From Deltaproteobacteria bacterium (GTDB taxonomy: Bacteria; SAR324; NAC60-12), in assembly GCA_038150265.1 (NCBI GenBank), contig JAYOTF010000007.1, forward strand, positions 36,700 through 100,699: DNA of 64,000 nt. Direction: 5' to 3'. Under the pieces are notes generated by a model that searched no databases, had not been told where the DNA came from, and worked only from the letters and a program-made list of their open reading frames with translations. Shown in pieces: positions 11,202-20,617 of this stretch. Made by a program: the position numbers and the translations under genes. Numbering within the stretch: the first letter of the stretch is position 1; each line of letters starts with the position of its first letter.

Positions 11202-11990
11202 ATGGACTACACCACCCTTAGCCTCAATCAGCGTCCGCACGGCGTGTGGGAGGTCACCCTCAGCCGCCCGGAGGCCCACAATGCCATGAGCATCCGGATG
11301 ATCCGGGAACTCCGGAACCTCTGGGACCAACTGAGGGCCGATCCGGAGGTCCGGGTGGTGGTGCTGGCTGGCGCAGGAAAGAGCTTCTGTGCGGGGGCTG
11401 ACCTGCGGTGGATGCAGGAGATTGCTCAGCAGCCCCGGGAGCAACGCCTGGCAGAGGCCCGGGAGCTGGCGGAGATGCTCCAGGCGCTTGATACCCTTCC
11501 GGCCCTGACGGTGGCCCGAGTGCACGGAGCCGCGTATGGAGGAGCGGTGGGCCTGATCGCTTGCTGCGACCTGGCTTTGGCCTCTGAAGCCGCAGGATTC
11601 GCGTTGACCGAAGTGAAGCTGGGGCTGTTGCCTGCGACGATTTCACCGTTTGTGATCAGACGTCTGGGCGGCTCCCAGGCACGGCGGGTGATGCTGCACG
11701 CCAAGCGCTTTGATGCCGCGGAAGCCCGGCACCTGGGCCTGATCAGCCGGGTGACCTCGGTGGAGGAGCTGGACTTGGCCGTGGAGGAAGAGCTGCGCTG
11801 GGCGCTGGCCTGCTCGCCACACGCGGTGCAAACGACCAAGGCGCTCATCCGCGAAGTCGAGGGACAGCGTCCGGAAGCTGCCCGCGAGCTGACCATTGGG
11901 CAACTCGCAGAGGTCTGGGAGCATCCAGATGCACAAGAAGGAATGACGGCTTTTTTTGAGAAGCGGTCTCCCACCTGGAAACCGGCATGA
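11202..11990 (+). CDS. Enoyl-CoA hydratase/crotonase (methylglutaconyl-CoA hydratase-like)
   Basis: SFCAGADL, AYGGAVGL, TEVKLGLLPATISP. Confidence 0.88.
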   Translation: MDYTTLSLNQRPHGVWEVTLSRPEAHNAMSIRMIRELRNLWDQLRADPEVRVVVLAGAGKSFCAGADLRWMQEIAQQPREQRLAEARELAEMLQALDTLPALTVARVHGAAYGGAVGLIACCDLALASEAAGFALTEVKLGLLPATISPFVIRRLGGSQARRVMLHAKRFDAAEARHLGLISRVTSVEELDLAVEEELRWALACSPHAVQTTKALIREVEGQRPEAARELTIGQLAEVWEHPDAQEGMTAFFEKRSPTWKPA

Positions 11991-12604
11991 ATTTCCGGCA
12001 CCTTTGCTGCATGTTGCCCCAATTTGTCCGACGATTGGGTCTGATTGGAGGGCTGTTTCTGATGCTGCCCTCGTTGGGGCAGGCGCAGACGCTTTCCGAG
12101 ATGGTGGAAGACGTCCTCCCGCAATGGGGACGGCAGCACCAGGAGTTTTATGCGGGGGCTGCGTGGCTGGTGGTCAGCACTCCGCACTTCAATGCCTTCC
12201 GGGAAGCGGGGCAGTCGAACCTCATGGCCTTTGCCGAGTGGTGGCCGGACGAAACGTGGGGGCTCCGGGGGTTTGGGGCTCAGCAACGGTACCGCCGCTT
12301 TGGAGAAGCCGGGGAAGACGTGACCCTTCGGCACCTTGGAGTGATTGGAAAGGGCTGGGTGGTGCTGTCGGACAACTGGCAGGCTTCTGCCGGAGCCGGT
12401 TTTGCCAACACCCGCCTGGAAGCACCGAGCGGCGACAAACGAGCGCTGACTCTGGTCACCGAGTTTCTGCTGACGGTTCAGGTCGCAGAGGCTCTCACTT
12501 TGGAACTGGGAACGTTGACCATGGATGGAGCCAGTGGAGAAGGCTCAACGGATCAACGCCTGGGTTCCACCAACTATGTAGCTGGGCTCAGTGTAGGGTT
12601 TTAG
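11987..12604 (+). CDS. Putative outer-membrane beta-barrel protein
   Basis: Signal peptide, alternating beta-strand pattern, C-terminal Phe (YVAGLSVGF); ATGA overlap with the upstream gene. Confidence 0.6.
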   Translation: MNFRHLCCMLPQFVRRLGLIGGLFLMLPSLGQAQTLSEMVEDVLPQWGRQHQEFYAGAAWLVVSTPHFNAFREAGQSNLMAFAEWWPDETWGLRGFGAQQRYRRFGEAGEDVTLRHLGVIGKGWVVLSDNWQASAGAGFANTRLEAPSGDKRALTLVTEFLLTVQVAEALTLELGTLTMDGASGEGSTDQRLGSTNYVAGLSVGF

Positions 12605-12643
12605 GTCCCTGGCCCGAGAACGAATTTTGATGCAGCGAGGATA

Positions 12644-14170
12644 ATGCAACTGCCCAACGTAGAACTTCTGACCAACGAGGACAAGATCTGGTTCGCCCGC
12701 TCCATCGCGGGAATGGTGGTCGCAGACGGCCATGTGGATGACAGTGAACTGGAGTCCTTGAAAGAGGCGATCAGCTTCCTGGATGACCGAGAGGAAGTGA
12801 ACCGGTTGATGGCCATTGTGAAGTCGGGCAAGCCCCCCAAGCTGGAGGCGGCACACATTGAGTCGAAGCAGGCCTTCATCATCCTCAAGTACCTTGCTGA
12901 AGTGATGGTGGCAGATGCCGTCCTTTCGCCGTCGGAGGTCGATTACTTCCTCACGGTTGGAAAGCTCCTTGGCTTCACCCCCAACATCCTGAACAAGCTG
13001 TGGCGCACCGCTCGGAGTTCCCTGGAAGCGGCGAAGCCGAAGGGAATGATTGACGCGGGCAAGAGCGGAAAAATTGAGGTGGCACTCCTGACGCTCAATG
13101 AGGAGCAGTGCGCGTTCCGGTTCCCCCGTCCGCTGATGCCCAACTCCCGGCTGATTTTGCAGGTCACCAAGAGCGATGGCAACCTGTACAACCCGGTGCA
13201 GATGCGGCTGGAGAAGCAGTCTGCAGACCGGCATGACGAAGGGTCGTATCAGGTGGTGGCCAAGATTGAGCAGCGCGTTGCCGAGGGCAACGGCATCCTG
13301 GAGCACCTCTATCCCGACCGCTTCATGCCGGCGGAAGACACGCGCCTCTCTCCAAGCAAGTCGTCTCTGACGGGGCGTCTGGTGCGCTGTCCGGTGTGCC
13401 TGACCAACAAGATCCCGTTCTACATCCTCCGCTCCCGGAGCATGATCACCAAGCAGAACATCTTTGGCATTGGCAAGTACGTCAAGCCTGCCGGCCAGCT
13501 CGACTTCTGCAACTTCCACCTGCTGGAGGTCAGCTCCTGCCCAACCTGCGCCTTTTCCTCCAACACCATTGAGCACTTCCAGCGGACCACGCACGAGGAG
13601 CCCGTGTTTGATGTGGAAGCCTTCAAGGAAGGGTGGGACGAGGCGGCGGCGGACCTGCTCAAGAAGCTTCAGGCGCAAACGGAGAACTACGCGACTGAAG
13701 AGCGAAACGTGCAAGAGGCGCTGCTTTCGTATGACCTTGGCATGAAAACCTTCCGGCACCTTGCCTCCAAGGCGAAGGATGAGCGCGACGGCCTCGTGTA
13801 CCTGCGAAAGGTGGTGTCGTACCTGATGATTCAGGCGGAACTCCTCATGGAGGAAGGGCAGAAGGAAAAAGCGGTGGCCAACCTCAAGGAGGTGATCAGC
13901 ACCCTGGAGCCCCTCTTTGAGCAGATGGAAGCAGAGGTGATCCTGCGCTCCGCGACACTCTTGTTCCAAATCATGGTCTACCTGAAGGATTACCAAAAGG
14001 CAGGCATGTACATGAAGTTCATCGACAACTACAACACGGAAGGCAAGCTGGATCCTGCCGGAGACGAGTACAAGACCCTTCAGATCTGTGCCGCCACAAT
14101 CAAGCGGACCTATGATGATCGGGAGATGCTCGCCTTTGACCAGCTGGCTTCTTTCCACGTGGAAGGCTAA
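12644..14170 (+). CDS. Multidomain protein: TerB-like, degenerate PilZ-like barrel, DUF2225-like Zn-ribbon/TPR region
   Basis: ADGHVDDSE and ADAVLSPSE TerB motifs; CPVC...CPTC; helical C-terminus. Confidence 0.7.
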   Translation: MQLPNVELLTNEDKIWFARSIAGMVVADGHVDDSELESLKEAISFLDDREEVNRLMAIVKSGKPPKLEAAHIESKQAFIILKYLAEVMVADAVLSPSEVDYFLTVGKLLGFTPNILNKLWRTARSSLEAAKPKGMIDAGKSGKIEVALLTLNEEQCAFRFPRPLMPNSRLILQVTKSDGNLYNPVQMRLEKQSADRHDEGSYQVVAKIEQRVAEGNGILEHLYPDRFMPAEDTRLSPSKSSLTGRLVRCPVCLTNKIPFYILRSRSMITKQNIFGIGKYVKPAGQLDFCNFHLLEVSSCPTCAFSSNTIEHFQRTTHEEPVFDVEAFKEGWDEAAADLLKKLQAQTENYATEERNVQEALLSYDLGMKTFRHLASKAKDERDGLVYLRKVVSYLMIQAELLMEEGQKEKAVANLKEVISTLEPLFEQMEAEVILRSATLLFQIMVYLKDYQKAGMYMKFIDNYNTEGKLDPAGDEYKTLQICAATIKRTYDDREMLAFDQLASFHVEG

Positions 14171-14179
14171 CGAGGAATC

Positions 14180-15751
14180 ATGGCTGAAGCTCCTGCAGAG
14201 GGAACCAAGGAAGAACGTCCCCGAAACGGCAAAATCTTTGTCATGCTTCCGGAACTGCTGATGAAGCGGTTGATGGGGCCCTTGCGCCAGAGCCTGCTGG
14301 CCCTCAATGTTGCCTTTGAGATTGGCAACGAGGAGACTCCTGCAGAGAAGCTTGCCAACTTTCAGTGGATCATCCGGTTTCCATGGACGATTCCTCCAGG
14401 CAAGCTGCAGGACGACAAAGCCGGGCTGTTCCTGTACCGGGCTGCCGGGATGGTCAAGATTCAGGAAAACAAGCTTCCACCGCAACGCAACGAACACCTG
14501 ACCCAGATTCTGGAACGCTTCAAGGTGGTGCAGGAGGGGGTGCAGACGCGAGAGGAGCGTCCGGAGTTCCTCAAGCTGTCAGTGGCAGACTTCAACCTGC
14601 GAGACCGCCAGCAGGAGTCCCGGCAGCTCCGGGCCCGCGTCACAGACCTCAACCGGGTGGTCGAGGAGGTGGAGAGCGCCTACTACTATGGGATCAGCTA
14701 CCTCTTCAATACGGCCATTGCACAGGTGACCGGAGTCGCGGTGCTGCAGGGCATCATGAAGGGGCTGGTCCGCCTGATGATCATTGACAACCTGGGCAAC
14801 CGGACCATTGATGGCCTCGTCAAGCTGGGCTTCAGCAAGAAGTTCCTGACGACCATGTCCACGGCCCAACTTGCGGAAAAGTACCAGGAGTTCAAGAAGA
14901 CCGACGAGGGTCAGAAGTACAATGCCCAGGAATTCCTCTTCCAGAGCGAGGAGTTCAAGAATGTGGACATCGTCTTCTTCAACAACTGGGACTTCAGCGA
15001 AGACAACTTCACGGTCCGGGTGGGGTTGCGGAAGAAAACTGTCCTCAGCAAAAAAGAGGAGCAGAAGAAGCGGCAGGAGAAGTTTCTGGAAGACCGCATG
15101 AGCGAGGCCAAGGGACAGCTTGCCGAGCAGCAGGCGAAGCTCAAGCCCCTCATGGAAGAGATTGAGGTCATTGAGGTCAACAACATGCAGGAGAAGGAGA
15201 AGCGGTACCAGATCCTGCTCAAGCAACGCAAGCGCCTACTGGGGCAGATTCACCGCAGTGAGGCCCGCCTCAAGGAGCTGGAGCGTCCGGTGAATGCCTC
15301 TGACCAGCAACTGCTGCTGACCTTTGACCTGTTTGAGAGCTTCCGGAGCCGCCAGAGCTTCCGCGACAAGCTGGGAGATGCCTTTACCGGACTCGGATTT
15401 GGAGACCTCTGGCAGAAAAGCGTGGGAGTGGATGCCGCCAAGAGCTTTCACAACCTGTTCAAGATGGCCCAGTGTGCCAAGGACTTGATCCAGGTGGAGC
15501 AGCGGGTACAGAAGCTTGAAACCTCGTGGAAGCAACTGGAGGAGCAACTGGCTCGGTTCTCCATGCACCATGGCCTGGTGAAGAAGCGCAAAGGCGCTCG
15601 TCCGGGAGAGCCCGAGAGCTATCAGCCCCTGCTGGAGGAGCACATTCTGGAAAAGCTGGAAATGGCGATTTTGAGCTGCGAGGTCGTCAATAGCTTCCAG
15701 CGCCTCCGAGAAGAGGCCAAGGCCCAGAATGACACCCTGGAGCTGGAGTGA
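14180..15751 (+). CDS. Hypothetical coiled-coil protein
   Basis: 523-aa ORF with GAGG RBS, strong GC3 codon bias, long E/K/Q-rich helices. Confidence 0.8.
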   Translation: MAEAPAEGTKEERPRNGKIFVMLPELLMKRLMGPLRQSLLALNVAFEIGNEETPAEKLANFQWIIRFPWTIPPGKLQDDKAGLFLYRAAGMVKIQENKLPPQRNEHLTQILERFKVVQEGVQTREERPEFLKLSVADFNLRDRQQESRQLRARVTDLNRVVEEVESAYYYGISYLFNTAIAQVTGVAVLQGIMKGLVRLMIIDNLGNRTIDGLVKLGFSKKFLTTMSTAQLAEKYQEFKKTDEGQKYNAQEFLFQSEEFKNVDIVFFNNWDFSEDNFTVRVGLRKKTVLSKKEEQKKRQEKFLEDRMSEAKGQLAEQQAKLKPLMEEIEVIEVNNMQEKEKRYQILLKQRKRLLGQIHRSEARLKELERPVNASDQQLLLTFDLFESFRSRQSFRDKLGDAFTGLGFGDLWQKSVGVDAAKSFHNLFKMAQCAKDLIQVEQRVQKLETSWKQLEEQLARFSMHHGLVKKRKGARPGEPESYQPLLEEHILEKLEMAILSCEVVNSFQRLREEAKAQNDTLELE

Positions 15752-15924
15752 GCCGACACTGTCCAGCGTGCGGAGCCTGGATTTCCTGGCTCAGCCAGCG
15801 CTGTGCACACTGTGGTCAGGCGACCGGCCTTCCCCTCACCGTTGTCCTGAAGGCGGTGTTCTACTTCCTCATCGCCTTCCTCCTCACACGCCTGTCCGTC
15901 GGGCTTTTCCTTTCCCAATCCTAG
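15748..15924 (+). CDS. Small zinc-ribbon membrane protein (58 aa), absent from the ORF track
   Basis: GTG overlapping the upstream TGA; MSRHCPACGAWISWLSQRCAHCGQATGLPLTVVLKAVFYFLIAFLLTRLSVGLFLSQS. Confidence 0.7.
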   Translation: MSRHCPACGAWISWLSQRCAHCGQATGLPLTVVLKAVFYFLIAFLLTRLSVGLFLSQS

Positions 15925-15942
15925 CGTCCAACCGTTACCTCC

Positions 15943-16386
15943 ATGAATTTAAGTGATCTTCAGGAAGCCCTGCGGCTCCAGGAACAGTCTGCCTCATCCA
16001 ATCTTTCCCAACTGCTGGAGTGCCGTCGCCTGCTGGACCTGTCCCGGAATCGCTGCCAGCTGCTGGAACAGACGTCACAAGAAGCCGAGTCCGGAGAGGA
16101 TCAGGAGGTCATTCTGGCCGCGTTGGAAGAGGAGCGGCAACGGCTGGAGGTGCTTTCGTTTGACTACTTGATGCTGCTGGAAGATGAGCGGCAGTGGTCC
16201 CTGATGCACGTCAAGTGCTTTCACGAGATGACGTTTCCGAAGGAAGGCATCTGGCGAACGTTCTTCAGTGAAGAGCTGGAGGAGGAGGACCTGACCTTCC
16301 GGAAGCGGATTCAGGAACAGCGTGATCGCGCCGAGGCGGTGCGACAGATGATGCTGGAAGAGGAAGCAGGAGGAGAGGAGGAGTAG
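15943..16386 (+). CDS. Hypothetical acidic helical protein
   Basis: 147-aa Glu/Leu-rich ORF continuing the same-strand cluster. Confidence 0.65.
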   Translation: MNLSDLQEALRLQEQSASSNLSQLLECRRLLDLSRNRCQLLEQTSQEAESGEDQEVILAALEEERQRLEVLSFDYLMLLEDERQWSLMHVKCFHEMTFPKEGIWRTFFSEELEEEDLTFRKRIQEQRDRAEAVRQMMLEEEAGGEEE

Positions 16387-16448
16387 GAGCCTCAACCGGA
16401 GTGACAGGGGGGGAACACTACCAGAAGAAGCTCCTCAAAGGGGGTGCC

Positions 16449-16766
16449 TTACAGGCTCATCGCAGGCATCATGGCCTCGACGTTCGCCATCCACTGCATG
16501 GACTGCTTGCGCATCTCCTGGGTGGTCTTGCGAACCATGCCGTAGGTCTCGTTGACTGCATTCATCTGCATGCTCTTCAAGGTGGCCACGGAATCATTCA
16601 TCTTCAGCATCTCCATGGCAGGAGCCTTCTCCATCATGCCGTAAGCAGATTCCAAAGACTTCTTCTGCATGGCTTCCACTTCGTTCAGTCCCTTCTCGTA
16701 CTGATCGTACCAGGTGGTGTACATTTGCATGACGGGCTCGAACACTGATTTTTTTGCTTGGCTCAT
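16449..16766 (-). CDS. Met-rich amphipathic small protein, phasin-like
   Basis: 105 aa, 18 Met, predicted all-helical; has its own promoter. Confidence 0.6.
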   Translation of the reverse strand: MSQAKKSVFEPVMQMYTTWYDQYEKGLNEVEAMQKKSLESAYGMMEKAPAMEMLKMNDSVATLKSMQMNAVNETYGMVRKTTQEMRKQSMQWMANVEAMMPAMSL

Positions 16767-16810
16767 GGTGCTTGACCTTGAATGGGGGTGAAAAACAAAT
16801 AACGTCCCTT

Positions 16811-16839
16811 ACGTTAGAGGAATTCCCCACGAATTGCAA
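16811..16839 (-). promoter_or_regulatory. Sigma70-type promoter with AT-rich UP element
   Basis: Minus strand TTGCAA-N17-TAACGT preceded by A-tracts (16841-16859). Confidence 0.45.
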
Positions 16840-16879
16840 CTTTAATTTTTATTTTTATTGATTCACCTTAAAAATAACT

Positions 16880-17356
16880 ATGAGTACGGATCATCTCAGT
16901 TCACAGGAAGTGATGGAATTGCTCCGTTCCACCAGCGGTCTGGCCTTTCTGCGTTCGATTGCCGAGGGGCAGCACCCGCAACCCCAGATTGCTCGGTTGT
17001 TGGGATTTCAGTTGGTGGAGGTGGAAGCCGGGCGGGTGGTCTTTGCCGGAACTCCGCAGCGCCAGCACTACAATCCGATTGGCACCGTTCACGGAGGCTA
17101 TGCCTGCACTCTGCTGGATTCCTGCATGGCGTGCTCGGTGCAGTCGATGCTGGAGGCAGGACAGGGGTACACGACCCTTGAGCTCAAGGTGAACCTGGTC
17201 CGCCCCATCACGGAGGCAACCGGACCGGTGCAGGCAATTGGGCAGGTCATCCACGTCGGACGCCGGACCGGCACCGCCGAGGGCAAGCTGGTGGATGCGG
17301 CCGGCAAGCTCCTCGCCCACGGAACCACGACCTGCATGATCATGGACCTGAGCTGA
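16880..17356 (+). CDS. PaaI-family (hotdog) thioesterase
   Basis: HYNPIGTVHGGYACTLLDS, TTLELKVNLVRP. Confidence 0.9.
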   Translation: MSTDHLSSQEVMELLRSTSGLAFLRSIAEGQHPQPQIARLLGFQLVEVEAGRVVFAGTPQRQHYNPIGTVHGGYACTLLDSCMACSVQSMLEAGQGYTTLELKVNLVRPITEATGPVQAIGQVIHVGRRTGTAEGKLVDAAGKLLAHGTTTCMIMDLS

Positions 17357-17365
17357 GGCAAGCCG

Positions 17366-18730
17366 ATGCTGAACAGCTTTCCCCACACCCTGCGGCGTTA
17401 TGGCCTGCACGCTGACGCCCGGTTGCTGCTGGAAGTCTTTGCCCTCGCTGAGCGTGGAGTGATCACCAACCTGGGCTCCCTGCACGATGCGGCCCAGCAC
17501 CTGGTCTGTAAGTCTCGACGCGACTTTGGTCCCTACAGCCTCGCCTTCTGGGAGCACTTCCTTGGCATTGAGGTGATGGAGCACCGGACCCTCGATGACG
17601 CGGTCCGGCACTCCCCAGCCTTTGAACACTGGTTGAGCCAGCAAATGGACACCGCGATGGCCGACCAGGTCATTGACTGGCGCTCGCTGGTGGACCGCTT
17701 CCTCAATGAGGTGATGACCTCGAACCTGGCGGCCGACCTCCGCAAGGAACTGGACGCGCGTGAGCACCTGAACCGCGACAATCCGGACCTGATTGATCAG
17801 CTCACCTCCGGACCCCAGCGCCCTCCCGTGCCGTCGGACACGATGGTGGACTACTCTCAGGTTCCCATGGAAGAACTGCTGGAGCGGATGCGTCGCGTGG
17901 CTGACCAGCAGCAGGCTCCGCACAGTGGAGGCGGGCACTGGATCGGTAGCCACGGTCACTCGCCTTACGGTCACTCCGGGTCCGGACTGCACGGCATCCG
18001 CGTGGGAGGCGCAGGGAACGCGGGAAGCGCCCGCAAGGTCTTGGGCGACCCTGCCTTCTTTCCTGTCAACCTCGATGCTCCGCTTAATGACGACACGCTG
18101 GATGCAGCGCTCCAGGCGCTGAAGGATCTTCAGGACTCCACTTCCGACCGCTTGCTGGACGTTCCCCGGACGGTGGAGGTCGCAGGCAGCCATGCCGGGA
18201 TCGTGGTTCCGCACTTCCTCCGGGAGCAAGAGGACCGCATCAAGGTCATGCTCATTCTGGACAACGGGGGCAGTTCCATGTGGGCCCACGTTCACACGGT
18301 TCAGCGGCTGTTTGCGAAGATGAAGCGTCGGTTTCCCCAGGACTTGCGCTGCTACTACTTTCACAATGCCGTTTACGCGCAGGTCTATGAAGACGAGGCG
18401 CGTCGCAAGCCCACCCCCCTGCGGAAGCTGCTGGAGCAGAGTCCGGACTACCGGGTCTTCATGGTGGGAGACGCCTACATGGCCGCTCACGAGCTGCTGG
18501 CGCCCTTCGGAGCCATTGAGTACCGCGAGGAAAGCCCGGTGCCCAGTGTTGCTCAACTGCAGTCGCTGCAGGAACACTTCCCCTACCTGTGCTGGCTCAA
18601 CCCCACGCCTCAGCCCTTTTGGGCCCGGACGGTGGCGCCGTTCATTCAGAAGATCATGCCGATGTACCCGCTGACCGTCCGGGGGCTGACCGAAGCGATT
18701 CGGGTCTTCAATCAGACCAGGCACTTCTGA
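17366..18730 (+). CDS. VWA/CoxE-like domain protein
   Basis: HSGGGHWIGSHGHSPYGHSG, LILDNGGSSM, YYFHN, VGDAYMA, WLNP. Confidence 0.8.
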   Translation: MLNSFPHTLRRYGLHADARLLLEVFALAERGVITNLGSLHDAAQHLVCKSRRDFGPYSLAFWEHFLGIEVMEHRTLDDAVRHSPAFEHWLSQQMDTAMADQVIDWRSLVDRFLNEVMTSNLAADLRKELDAREHLNRDNPDLIDQLTSGPQRPPVPSDTMVDYSQVPMEELLERMRRVADQQQAPHSGGGHWIGSHGHSPYGHSGSGLHGIRVGGAGNAGSARKVLGDPAFFPVNLDAPLNDDTLDAALQALKDLQDSTSDRLLDVPRTVEVAGSHAGIVVPHFLREQEDRIKVMLILDNGGSSMWAHVHTVQRLFAKMKRRFPQDLRCYYFHNAVYAQVYEDEARRKPTPLRKLLEQSPDYRVFMVGDAYMAAHELLAPFGAIEYREESPVPSVAQLQSLQEHFPYLCWLNPTPQPFWARTVAPFIQKIMPMYPLTVRGLTEAIRVFNQTRHF

Positions 18731-18844
18731 AAACCGGGGGCCGGGGCATGGGTTGGAAGCGGGAAAAAGCTTGCGCTCCCGGAGGGCCTGAGGGATAACA
18801 CTGCCTAATCCGCTGATGAATGACGACTGCCACCTCGGGAGGCT

Positions 18845-19294
18845 TTGATGAACTGGAAAACAGGAATGGTGCTACTGGCCCTGACCGGAATGACGGGCCT
18901 GGCGTGGGGAGAGACCCGTGACGACCAGATCTCCCTGATGGCCAAACGGCTGGCCAAGAGCCTGGCAATGAAGGACCCGGCGGCACGTTGGGAGGCGCAC
19001 TCGGCGTTACCCAACACCGGGGCCAGTGCAGCTCCGCAGCTGGAGCCCCTGCCTCCTCCCGGAAGCGGCCAAACGGTCAATCCGGCATTTGGCGGAGCAC
19101 CGCCTTACAGAAGTGTGCCCATGGCAGAAGATGAGCGGGGACGGTTGGCCCGGAACCTGGCCAAGGAACTCACGTGGGGGGGCCGTGCCCCTCGTGCTGA
19201 TGTGAAGTATGCGCCCCCGAAGACTCCGGCAGGCAGCAAGATCTATCCGGAAGACCGGATGCCCAAGTCCAGCGTTGAGCCGTCGTTTCAGTAA
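18845..19294 (+). CDS. Hypothetical secreted protein
   Basis: GGAGG RBS, signal peptide, repeated (M/L)AxxLAKxL motif, Pro-rich. Confidence 0.65.
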   Translation: MMNWKTGMVLLALTGMTGLAWGETRDDQISLMAKRLAKSLAMKDPAARWEAHSALPNTGASAAPQLEPLPPPGSGQTVNPAFGGAPPYRSVPMAEDERGRLARNLAKELTWGGRAPRADVKYAPPKTPAGSKIYPEDRMPKSSVEPSFQ

Positions 19295-19298
19295 GGGC

Positions 19299-19991
19299 CT
19301 ACGCCGCCTCGGCTTCCACCAGCTTGCCGGCTTCCACTCGTAGAATGGTCTCTGCCAGCGACAGGATCTCGGTGCTGTGGGTGGCAATGAGCATTGTGGT
19401 CCCGAATTCCTCTGCCAGCTCCCTCAGCAACTCCAGCACTTCCTCTCCCGTTCGGCCATCCAGGTTTCCCGTGGGCTCATCGGCCAGCAGCAAGGCCGGC
19501 TGATGAATCAGCGCCCGGGCAATCGCCACCCGTTGCTGCTCTCCGCCGGAAAGCCGATCCGGAAAGCTCTGGCCCCGTGTGCCCAAACCGAGCCGCTTGA
19601 GCAGGTCCTGAGCCTGGTGGCCCTTGCGGATGCCGTTTAGCTCCAGAGGCAGCTCCAGGTTTTCTGCCACCGTCAGGGTGGGAATCAGGTTGAAGGACTG
19701 GAAGACGAAACCGAGGCGCTTGCGCCGGAACAGCGTCCGCTCCCGTTCGCTGAGGTGATTCAGGCAGAGGTCGTCCACCCACACCTCTCCGGAGTCCGGA
19801 AGGTCGATGCCGGCAATGAGGTTGAGGAGGGTGGACTTTCCGGAGCCGCTCTTTCCCAACAGGGCGCAGGTGCTGCCTCGGCGCAGGCTGAGGTCGACCC
19901 CATCGAGCACCTGGTGCATGACGGAGCCTTCGTGGTAGGCCTTGCGGAGCTGACGGAGTTGAAGAAACGCAGAGGGCGCAGGAGCGTTCAT
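19299..19991 (-). CDS. ABC transporter ATP-binding protein (LolD/MacB-like)
   Basis: [34 protein letters not shown]. Confidence 0.92.
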   Translation of the reverse strand: MNAPAPSAFLQLRQLRKAYHEGSVMHQVLDGVDLSLRRGSTCALLGKSGSGKSTLLNLIAGIDLPDSGEVWVDDLCLNHLSERERTLFRRKRLGFVFQSFNLIPTLTVAENLELPLELNGIRKGHQAQDLLKRLGLGTRGQSFPDRLSGGEQQRVAIARALIHQPALLLADEPTGNLDGRTGEEVLELLRELAEEFGTTMLIATHSTEILSLAETILRVEAGKLVEAEAA

Positions 19992-20135
19992 GGCGGTTGC
20001 AGAGCAGCGGGAGGTGCACAATTCAGGGTCGGTTGCCTGAAAAGCATTGTGCGGGAGGGACCGGGGAATGCAACCGGAAAATGGTCAACGGGGGGAGGAA
20101 CCTCCGGAGGCTCAGGGAACCTCCGGAGACGGAGG

Positions 20136-20312
20136 TCAATAGAGATCGGCTTCCTGGGTGTCAGTCATCTCCAGAATCTCATCGGGAATCAGAAAATCCA
20201 TCCCCATGACCGGCTCTCCGGCCACACGGTCGATTCGCTGAATCTGGCCACCTTGCTCCAGGTACCGGTTCATGGCTTCGCTGATGTAGTCCTGGGTGAT
20301 CTCTGTATTCAT
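20136..20312 (-). CDS. Small acidic hypothetical protein (about 58 aa)
   Basis: AGGAG RBS, then MNTEITQDYISEAMNRYLEQGGQIQRI...; alternative ATG at 20324. Confidence 0.6.
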   Translation of the reverse strand: MNTEITQDYISEAMNRYLEQGGQIQRIDRVAGEPVMGMDFLIPDEILEMTDTQEADLY

Positions 20313-20379
20313 AGCGCGATTCATCTCCTGAGGGTTAGCGGAATCAAGGGGGACCAGCAGGTCCCTCTCCCTTGCCCAC

Positions 20380-20395
20380 AGCAAATGGTGGGCCA
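20380..20395 (-). promoter_or_regulatory. Sigma54 (-24/-12) promoter
   Basis: Minus strand TGGCCCACCATTTGCT, exact GG-N10-GC spacing. Confidence 0.6.
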
Positions 20396-20568
20396 CGGCA
20401 AACGGGTAATCTCCTTGATCTTTGAGGGCAGGGTCGGTATCTGTGACCACCTGGAGGTGCCCGCTCCCGGAGCGTCTGGAAGCCTCCTCAGGAGCCCGGC
20501 TCCTGTTTGGTTGGGCATCCCGAAGGCGTTTGAGGCATTTCCGGAACAAACGCCTGCCGGGCTTGAGG

Positions 20569-20610
20569 AACGAGCAACGCAGTAGTAACGAGCAACGCAG
20601 TAGTAACGAG
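20569..20610 (+). repeat. 18-bp tandem repeat (2.3 copies) immediately upstream of fliG
   Basis: AACGAGCAACGCAGTAGT x2 followed by AACGAG. Confidence 0.9.
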
Positions 20611-20617
20611 TACCCCC

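Noticed and set aside
12545..14497. 650-aa minus-strand ORF and similar long antisense ORFs (16901-18724, 24149-25765, 25929-27824, 39314-40921, 60223-62376)
   Set aside because: They are shadows of well-supported genes on the opposite strand; high GC3 suppresses antisense stops, and they show no recognisable motifs.
20569..20610. CRISPR-like repeat
   Set aside because: The repeats are directly adjacent with no spacers and no cas genes, so it is a simple tandem duplication.
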